DNA of 64,000 nt, from assembly GCA_964016885.1 (NCBI GenBank), contig OZ024741.1, forward strand, positions 209,622,001-209,686,000, given 5' to 3'. Both the position numbers and the translations under genes were made by a program. This document shows positions 54,501 through 64,000 of the stretch, in pieces (the stretch's first letter is position 1; each line of letters begins with the position of its first letter). This DNA is from Eledone cirrhosa (Eukaryota). The notes beneath the pieces are model-generated. The model was not told the origin of the DNA. It saw only the letters and a list, made by a program, of their open reading frames with translations, and ran no database searches.

Positions 54501-57500
54501 TCAAGAGTTGATAACCCCAACTTAACTTAACCCCAACTTAACTTAACCGCAACTTTAATTAACCGCAACCTAACTTAACCCCGACTTAACTTAACCGCAA
54601 CCTAACTTAACCCCAACTTAACTTAACCCCAACTTAACTTAACCCCAACCTAACTTAACCCCAACTTAACTTAACCGCAACTTAACTTAACCGCAACCTA
54701 ACTTAACCCCAACTTAACTTAACCGCAACTTAACTTAACCGCAACTTAGCTTAACCCCAACCCTTGGTGGGATCGATCTGTAATTACTGGTACATGTGCA
54801 GACACTCATTGGCTGTGTGTGGCCTGATTTTCAGAAAGATATCTCCGTAAAATAACGAGTGGTGGCTGCGTAAAATAATGAATTACGCACGAAAATGAGA
54901 AAATTTCGATTCTCGATCGTGGGCCGGCCGGATGTCGGATCGATTCGTAAATACAAGGATAATGTGCGGACACTCCTTGGCTGTGTGCGGCATGATTTTC
55001 AGGACGATATCTCCGAAAATCAAGAGTTGATAACCCCAACTTAACTTAACCCCAACTTAACTTAACCGCAACTTAACTTAACCGCAACCTAACTTAACCC
55101 CAACTTAACTTAACCGCAACCTAACTTAACCCCAACTTAACTTAACCGCAACTTAACTTAACCCCAACCTAACTTAACCCCAACTTAACTTAACCGCAAC
55201 TTAACTTAACCGCAACCTAACTTAACCCCAACTTAACTTAACCGCAACTTAACTTAACCGCAACTTAGCTTAACCCCAACCCTTGGTGGGATCGATCTGT
55301 AATTACTGGTATATGTGCAGACACTCATTGGCTGTGTGTGGCCTGATTTTCAGAAAGATATCTCCGTAAAATAACGAGTGGTGGCTGCGTAAAATAATGA
55401 ATTACGCACGAAAATGAGAAAATTTCGATTCTCGATCGTGGGCCGACCGGATGTCGGATCGATTCGTAAATACAAGGATAATGTGCGGACACTCCTTGGC
55501 TGTGTGCCGCATGATTTTCAGGACGATATCTCCGTAAAATCAAGAGTTGATAACCCCAACTTAACTTAACCCCAACTTAACTTAACCCCAACTTAACTTA
55601 ACCCCAACTTAACTTAACCGCAACTTAACTTAACCGCAACCTAACTTAACCCCAACTTAGCTTAACCGCAACTTAACTTAACCCCAACCTAACTTAACCC
55701 CAACTTAACTTAACCGCAACTTAACTTAACCGCAACCTAACTTAACCCCAACTTAACTTAACCGCAACTTAACTTAACCGCAACTTAGCTTAACCCCAAC
55801 CCTTGGTGGGATCGATCTGTAATTACTGGTACATGTGCAGACACTCATTGGCTGTGTGTGGCCTGATTTTCAGAAAGATATCTCCGTAAAATAACGAGTG
55901 GTGGCTGCGTAAAATAATGAATTACGCACGAAAATGAGAAAATTTCGATTCTCGATCGTGGGCCGGCCGGATGTCGGATCGATTCGTAAATACAAGGATA
56001 ATGTGCGGACACTCCTTGGCTGTGTGCGGCATGATTTTCAGGACGATATCTCCGTAAAATCAAGAGTTGATAACCCCAACTTAACTTAACCCCAACTTAA
56101 CTTAACCGCAACTTAACTTAACCGCAACCTAACTTAACCCCAACTTAACTTAACCGCAACCTAACTTAACCCCAACTTAACTTAACCGCAACTTAACTTA
56201 ACCCCAACCTAACTTAACCCCAACTTAACTTAACCGCAACTTAACTTAACCGCAACCTAACTTAACCCTAACTTAACTTAACCGCAACTTAACTTAACCG
56301 CAACTTAGCTTAACCCTAACCCTTGGTGGGATCGATCTGTAATTACTGGTACATGTGCAGACACTCATTGGCTGTGTGTGGCCTGATTTCCAGAAAGATA
56401 TCTCCGTAAAATAACGAGTGGTGGCTGCGTAAAATAATGAATTACGCACGAAAATGAGAAAATTTCGATTCTCGATCGTGGGCCGGCCGGATGTCGGATC
56501 GATTCGTAAATACAAGGATAATGTGCGGACACTCCTTGGCTGTGTGCGGCATGATTTTCAGGACGATATCTCCGTAAAATCAAGAGTTGATAACCCCAAC
56601 TTAACTTAACCGCAACTTAACTTAACCGCAACCTAACTTAACCCTAACTTAACTTAACCGCAACTTAACTTAACCGCAACTTAGCTTAACCCCAACCCTT
56701 AGTGGGATCGATCTGTAATTACTGGTACATGTGCAGACACTCATTGGCTGTGTGTGGCCTGATTTTCAGAAAGATATCTCCGTAAAATAACGAGTGGTGG
56801 CTGCGTAAAATAATGAATTACGCACGAAAATGAGAAAATTTCTATTCTCGATCGTGGGCCGGCCGGATGTCGGATCGATTCGTAAATACAAGGATAATGT
56901 GCGGACACTCCTTGGCTGTGTGCGGCATGATTTTCAGGACGATATCTCCGTAAAATCAAGAGTTGATAACCCCAACTTAACTTAACCCCAACTTAACTTA
57001 ACCGCAACTTAACTTAACCGCAACCTAACTTAACCCCAACTTAACTTAACCGCAACCTAACTTAACCCAAACTTAAGTTAACCGCAACTTAACTTAACCC
57101 CAACCTAACTTAACCCCAACTTAACTTAACCGCAGCTTAACTTAACCGCAACCTAACTTAACCCCAACTTAACTTAACCGCAACTTAACCCCAACTTAGC
57201 TTAACCCCAACCCTTGGTGGGATCGATCTGTAATTACTGGTACATGTGCAGACACTCATTGGCTGTGTGTGGCCTGATTTTCAGAAAGATATCTCCGTAA
57301 AATAACGAGTGGTGGCTGCGTAAAATAATGAATTACGCACGAAAATGAGAAAATTTCGATTCTCGATCGTGGGCCGGCCGGATGTCGGATCGATTCGTAA
57401 ATACAAGGATAATGTGCGGACACTCCTTGGCTGTGTGCGGCATGATTTTCAGGACGATATCTCCGTAAAATCAAGAGTTGATAACCCCAACTTAACTTAA

Positions 57501-58499
57501 CCCCAACTTAACTTAACCGCAACTTAACTTAACCGCAACCTAACTTAACCCCAACTTAACTTAACCGCAACCTAACTTAACCCCAACTTAACTTAACCGC
57601 AACTTAACTTAACCCCAACCTAACTTAACCCCAACTTAACTTAACCGCAACTTAACTTAACCGCAACCTAACTTAACCCCAACTTAACTTAACCGCAACT
57701 TAACTTAACCGCAACTTAGCTTAACCCCAACCCTTGGTGGGATCGATCTGTAATTACTGGTATATGTGCAGACACTCATTGGCTGTGTGTGGCCTGATTT
57801 TCAGAAAGATATCTCCGTAAAATAACGAGTGGTGGCTGCGTAAAATAATGAATTACGCACGAAAATGAGAAAATTTCGATTCTCGATCGTGGGCCGACCG
57901 GATGTCGGATCGATTCGTAAATACAAGGATAATGTGCGGACACTCCTTGGCTGTGTGCCGCATGATTTTCAGGACGATATCTCCGTAAAATCAAGAGTTG
58001 ATAACCCCAACTTAACTTAACCCCAACTTAACTTAACCGCAACTTAACTTAACCGCAACCTAACTTAACCCCAACTTAACTTAACCGCAACCTAACTTAA
58101 CCCCGACTTAACTTAACCGCAACTTAACTTAACCCCAACCTAACTTAACTCCAACTTAACTTAACCGCAACTTAACTTAACCGCAACCTAACTTAACCCC
58201 AACTTAACTTAACCGCAACTTAACCGCAACTTAGCTTAACCCCAACCCTTGGTGGGATCGATCTGTAATTACTGGTACATGTGCAGACACTCATTGGCTG
58301 TGTGTGGCCTGATTTTCAGAAAGATATCTCCGTAAAATAACGAGTGGTGGCTGCGTAAAATAATGAATTACGCACGAAAATGAGAAAATTTCGATTCTCG
58401 ATCGTGGGCCGGCCGGATGTCGGATCGATTCGTAAATACAAGGATAATGTGCGGACACTCCTTGGCTGTGTGCGGCATGATTTTCAGGACGATATCTCC

Positions 58500-61400
58500 G
58501 TAAAATCAAGAGTTGATAACCCCAACTTAACTTAACCCCAACTTAACTTAACCGCAACTTAACTTAACCGCAACCTAACTTAACCCCAACTTAACTTAAC
58601 CGCAACCTAACTTAACCCCAACTTAACTTAACCGCAACTTAACTTAACCCCAACCTAACTTAACTCCAACTTAACTTAACCGCAACTTAACTTAACCGCA
58701 ACCTAACTTAACCCCAACTTAATTTAACCGCAACTTAACTTAACCGCAACTTAGCTTAACCCCAACCCTTGGTGGGATCGATCTGTAATTACTGGTACAT
58801 GTGCAGACACTCATTGGCTGTGTGTGGCCTGATTTTCAGAAAGATATCTCCGTAAAATAACGAGTGGTGGCTGCGTAAAATAATGAATTACGCACGAAAA
58901 TGAGAAAATTTCGATTCTCGATCGTGGGCCGGCCGGATGTCTGATCGATTCGTAAATACAAGGATAATGTGCGGACACTCCTTGGCTGTGTGCGGCATGA
59001 TTTTCAGGACGATATCTCCGTAAAATCAAGAGTTGATAACCCCAACTTAACTTAACCCCAACTTAACTTAACCGCAACTTAACTTAACCGCAACCTAACT
59101 TAACCCCAACTTAACTTAACCGCAACCTAACTTAACCCCAACTTAACTTAACCGCAACTTAACTTAACCCCAACCTAACTTAACCCCAACTTAACTTAAC
59201 CGCAACTTAACTTAACCGCAACCTAACTTAACCCCAACTTAACTTAACCGCAACTTAACTTAACCGCAACTTAGCTTAACCCCAACCCTTGGTGGGATCG
59301 ATCTGTAATTACTGGTACATGTGCAGACACTCATTGGCTGTGTGTGGCCTGATTTTCAGAAAGATATCTCCGTAAAATAACGAGTGGTGGCTGCGTAAAA
59401 TAATGAATTACGCACGAAAATGAGAAAATTTCGATTCTCGATCGTGGGCCGGCCGGATGTCGGATCGATTCGTAAATACAAGGATAATGTGCGGACACTC
59501 CTTGGCTGTGTGCGGCATGATTTTCAGGACGATATCTCCGTAAAATCAAGAGTTGATATCCCCAACTTAACTTAACCCCAACTTAACTTAACCGCAACTT
59601 AACTTAACCGCAACCTAACTTAACCCCAACTTAACTTAACCGCAACCTAACTTAACCCCAACTTAACTTAACCGCAACTTAACTTAACCGCAACTTAGCT
59701 TAACCCCAACCCTTGGTGGGATCGATCTGTAATTACTGGTACATGTGCAGACACTCATTGGCCGTGTGTGGCCTGATTTTCAGAAAGATATCTCCGTAAA
59801 ATAACGAGTGGTGGCTGCGTAAAATAATGAATTACGCACGAAAATGAGAAAATTTCGATTCTCGATCGTGGGCCGGCCGGATGTCTGATCGATTCGTAAA
59901 TACAAGGATAATGTGCGGACACTCCTTGGCTGTGTGCGGCATGATTTTCAGGACGATATCTCCGTAAAATCAAGAGTTGATAACCCCAACTTAACTTAAC
60001 CCCAACTTAACTTAACCGCAACTTAACTTAACCGCAACCTAACTTAACCCCAACTTAACTTAACCGCAACCTAACTTAACCCCAACTTAACTTAACCGCA
60101 ACTTAACTTAACCCCAACCTAACTTAACCCCAACTTAACTTAACCGCAACTTAACTTAACCGCAACCTAACTTAACCCCAACTTAACTTAACCGCAACTT
60201 AACTTAACCGCAACTTAGCTTAACCCCAACCCTTGGTGGGATCGATCTGTAATTACTGGTACATGTGCAGACACTCATTGGCTGTGTGTGGCCTGATTTT
60301 CAGAAAGATATCTCCGTAAAATAACGAGTGGTGGCTGCGTAAAATAATGAATTACGCACGAAAATGAGAAAATTTCGATTCTCGATCGTGGGCCGGCCGG
60401 ATGTCGGATCGATTCGTAAATACAAGGATAATGTGCGGACACTCCTTGGCTGTGTGCGGCATGATTTTCAGGACGATATCTCCGTAAAATCAAGAGTTGA
60501 TAACCCCAACTTAACTTAACCCCAACTTAACTTAACCGCAACTTAACTTAACCGCAACCTAACTTAACCCCAACTTAACTTAACCGCAACCTAACTTAAC
60601 CCCAACTTAACTTAACCGCAACTTAACTTAACCCCAACCTAACTTAACTCCAACTTAACTTAACCGCAACTTAACTTAACCGCAACCTAACTTAACCCCA
60701 ACTTAATTTAACCGCAACTTAACTTAACCGCAACTTAGCTTAACCCCAACCCTTGGTGGGATCGATCTGTAATTACTGGTACATGTGCAGACACTCATTG
60801 GCTGTGTGTGGCCTGATTTTCAGAAAGATATCTCCGTAAAATAACGAGTGGTGGCTGCGTAAAATAATGAATTACGCACGAAAATGAGAAAATTTCGATT
60901 CTCGATCGTGGGCCGGCCGGATGTCTGATCGATTCGTAAATACAAGGATAATGTGCGGACACTCCTTGGCTGTGTGCGGCATGATTTTCAGGACGATATC
61001 TCCGTAAAATCAAGAGTTGATAACCCCAACTTAACTTAACCCCAACTTAACTTAACCGCAACTTAACTTAACCGCAACCTAACTTAACCCCAACTTAACT
61101 TAACCGCAACCTAACTTAACCCCAACTTAACTTAACCGCAACTTAACTTAACCCCAACCTAACTTAACCCCAACTTAACTTAACCGCAACTTAACTTAAC
61201 CGCAACCTAACTTAACCCCAACTTAACTTAACCGCAACTTAACTTAACCGCAACTTAGCTTAACCCCAACCCTTGGTGGGATCGATCTGTAATTACTGGT
61301 ACATGTGCAGACACTCATTGGCTGTGTGTGGCCTGATTTTCAGAAAGATATCTCCGTAAAATAACGAGTGGTGGCTGCGTAAAATAATGAATTACGCACG

Positions 61401-63520
61401 AAAATGAGAAAATTTCGATTCTCGATCGTGGGCCGGCCGGATGTCGGATCGATTCGTAAATACAAGGATAATGTGCGGACACTCCTTGGCTGTGTGCGGC
61501 ATGATTTTCAGGACGATATCTCCGTAAAATCAAGAGTTGATATCCCCAACTTAACTTAACCCCAACTTAACTTAACCGCAACTTAACTTAACCGCAACCT
61601 AACTTAACCCCAACTTAACTTAACCGCAACCTAACTTAACCCCAACTTAACTTAACCGCAACTTAACTTAACCGCAACTTAGCTTAACCCCAACCCTTGG
61701 TGGGATCGATCTGTAATTACTGGTACATGTGCAGACACTCATTGGCCGTGTGTGGCCTGATTTTCAGAAAGATATCTCCGTAAAATAACGAGTGGTGGCT
61801 GCGTAAAATAATGAATTACGCACGAAAATGAGAAAATTTCGATTCTCGATCGTGGGCCGGCCGGATGTCTGATCGATTCGTAAATACAAGGATAATGTGC
61901 GGACACTCCTTGGCTGTGTGCGGCATGATTTTCAGGACGATATCTCCGTAAAATCAAGAGTTGATAACCCCAACTTAACTTAACCCCAACTTAACTTAAC
62001 CGCAACTTAACTTAACCGCAACCTAACTTAACCCCAACTTAACTTAACCGCAACCTAACTTAACCCCAACTTAACTTAACCGCAACTTAACTTAACCCCA
62101 ACCTAACTTAACCCCAACTTAACTTAACCGCAACTTAACTTAACCGCAACCTAACTTAACCCCAACTTAACTTAACCGCAACTTAACTTAACCGCAAATT
62201 AGCTTAACCCCAATCCTCGGTGGGATCGATCTGTAATTACTGGTACATGTGCAGACACTCATTGGCTGTGTGTGGCCTGATTTTCAGAAAGATATCTCCG
62301 TAAAATAACGAGTGGTGGCTGCGTAAAATAATGAATTACGCACGAAAATGAGAAAATTTCGATTCTCGATCGTGGGCCGGCCGGATGTCGGATCGATTCG
62401 TAAATACAAGGATAATGTGCGGACACTCCTTGGCTGTGTGCGGCATGATTTTCAGGACGATATCTCCGTAAAATCAAGAGTTGATAACCCCAACTTAACT
62501 TAACCCCAACTTAACTTAACCGCAACTTAACTTAACCGCAACCTAACTTAACCCCAACTTAACTTAACCGCAACCTAACTTAACCCCAACTTAACTTAAC
62601 CGCAACTTAACTTAACCCCAACCTAACTTAACTCCAACTTAACTTAACCGCAACTTAACTTAACCGCAACCTAACTTAACCCCAACTTAATTTAACCGCA
62701 ACTTAACTTAACCGCAACTTAGCTTAACCCCAACCCTTGGTGGGATCGATCTGTAATTACTGGTACATGTGCAGACACTCATTGGCTGTGTGTGGCCTGA
62801 TTTTCAGAAAGATATCTCCGTAAAATAACGAGTGGTGGCTGCGTAAAATAATGAATTACGCACGAAAATGAGAAAATTTCGATTCTCGATCGTGGGCCGG
62901 CCGGATGTCTGATCGATTCGTAAATACAAGGATAATGTGCGGACACTCCTTGGCTGTGTGCGGCATGATTTTCAGGACGATATCTCCGTAAAATCAAGAG
63001 TTGATAACCCCAACTTAACTTAACCCCAACTTAACTTAACCGCAACTTAACTTAACCGCAACCTAACTTAACCCCAACTTAACTTAACCGCAACCTAACT
63101 TAACCCCAACTTAACTTAACCGCAACTTAACTTAACCCCAACCTAACTTAACCCCAACTTAACTTAACCGCAACTTAACTTAACCGCAACCTAACTTAAC
63201 CCCAACTTAACTTAACCGCAACTTAACTTAACCGCAACTTAGCTTAACCCCAACCCTTGGTGGGATCGATCTGTAATTACTGGTACATGTGCAGACACTC
63301 ATTGGCTGTGTGTGGCCTGATTTTCAGAAAGATATCTCCGTAAAATAACGAGTGGTGGCTGCGTAAAATAATGAATTACGCACGAAAATGAGAAAATTTC
63401 GATTCTCGATCGTGGGCCGGCCGGATGTCGGATCGATTCGTAAATACAAGGATAATGTGCGGACACTCCTTGGCTGTGTGCGGCATGATTTTCAGGACGA
63501 TATCTCCGTAAAATCAAGAG
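58500..63520. repeat. Higher-order repeat, 1984-bp 4-mer, ~2.5 copies
   Basis: 58811/60795/62779 and 59755/61739 are offset by 1984 (520x3+424). They share gatgtctgatc, ttgatatcccc, attggccgtg and taactcc/aatttaacc. Boundaries are approximate. Confidence 0.9.
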
Positions 63521-64000
63521 TTGATAACCCCAACTTAACTTAACCCCAACTTAACTTAACCGCAACTTAACTTAACCGCAACCTAACTTAACCCCAACTT
63601 AACTTAACCGCAACCTAACTTAACCCCAACTTAACTTAACCGCAACTTAACTTAACCCCAACCTAACTTAACTCCAACTTAACTTAACCGCAACTTAACT
63701 TAACCGCAACCTAACTTAACCCCAACTTAATTTAACCGCAACTTAACTTAACCGCAACTTAGCTTAACCCCAACCCTTGGTGGGATCGATCTGTAATTAC
63801 TGGTACATGTGCAGACACTCATTGGCTGTGTGTGGCCTGATTTTCAGAAAGATATCTCCGTAAAATAACGAGTGGTGGCTGCGTAAAATAATGAATTACG
63901 CACGAAAATGAGAAAATTTCGATTCTCGATCGTGGGCCGGCCGGATGTCTGATCGATTCGTAAATACAAGGATAATGTGCGGACACTCCTTGGCTGTGTG

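Larger units (their letters stand above)
1..64000. repeat. Tandem satellite DNA array, ~125 head-to-tail monomers, modal monomer 520 bp; no array boundary is visible in the window
   Basis: The same core (…cccttggtgggatcgatctgtaattactggtac…gatatctccgtaaaatcaagagttgat) recurs throughout. The ORF track gives 119 copies of the same core ORF, and six more monomers lack it (about 299, 2750, 9978, 17206, 45520 and 63819). Most spacings are 520 bp. I saw no inversion or foreign sequence. Confidence 0.99.

Noticed and set aside
30582-56515. 73-aa overlapping ORF (MYLRIDPTSGRP…)
   Set aside because: It is open only in monomers where one SNP (ttttcaga to tttccaga) removes a stop codon. It has a non-ATG start and runs into the minisatellite.
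819-63517. Recurrent 72-aa minus-strand ORF (MILRRYRPENHAAHSQG…), 119 copies
   Set aside because: It starts at TTG, not ATG, and has no recognisable domain. Its internal ILRRY…EN.A.HSQ duplication just reflects the 168-bp DNA repeat. Copies carry nonsense changes (~368, 2818, 10046, 17274, 21601), a frameshift (~55015) and many missense variants. DNA outside the ORF is equally conserved, so there is no sign of coding selection.
1-64000. CRISPR array or other repeat-spacer system
   Set aside because: The sequences between repeats are themselves near-identical, not unique spacers. Unit sizes do not fit and there are no cas genes.
1-64000. Sequencing artefact (rolling-circle concatemer or collapsed/expanded assembly)
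   Set aside because: Monomers carry heritable, hierarchically shared SNPs and length alleles in several different HORs, which a concatemer of one template would not produce. Exact HOR copy numbers still need read support.

Overview
The whole 64-kb window is one uninterrupted, head-to-tail tandem satellite array of about 125 monomers, all in the same orientation, with a modal length of 520 bp. I find no credible protein-coding gene, RNA gene, CRISPR array or inserted mobile element. Each monomer has a nearly invariant ~280-bp CpG-rich core and a strand-asymmetric minisatellite of 16-bp units (AACTTAACTTAACC[C/G]C; GGGGTTAAGTTAAGTT on the minus strand). The minisatellite usually has 15 units and ranges from 5 to 31, so monomer lengths are quantised as 280+16n, minus 5 in one recurrent allele. 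The core contains two diverged ~90-bp direct repeats 168 bp apart. One monomer at ~45520 has lost exactly 168 bp, consistent with recombination between them. Diagnostic variants reveal local higher-order repeats (HORs): a 7228-bp 14-mer with a nested 2574-bp 5-mer, a 3662-bp 7-mer, a 2971-bp 6-mer and a 1984-bp 4-mer. The minisatellite contains TTAGG and TTAGGTTGGGG on the minus strand, resembling arthropod and bee/wasp telomeric motifs. By inference only, this suggests a eukaryotic (possibly hymenopteran) subtelomeric or centromeric satellite built from telomere-like DNA. The recurrent 72-aa ORF is judged an artefact of the repeat.
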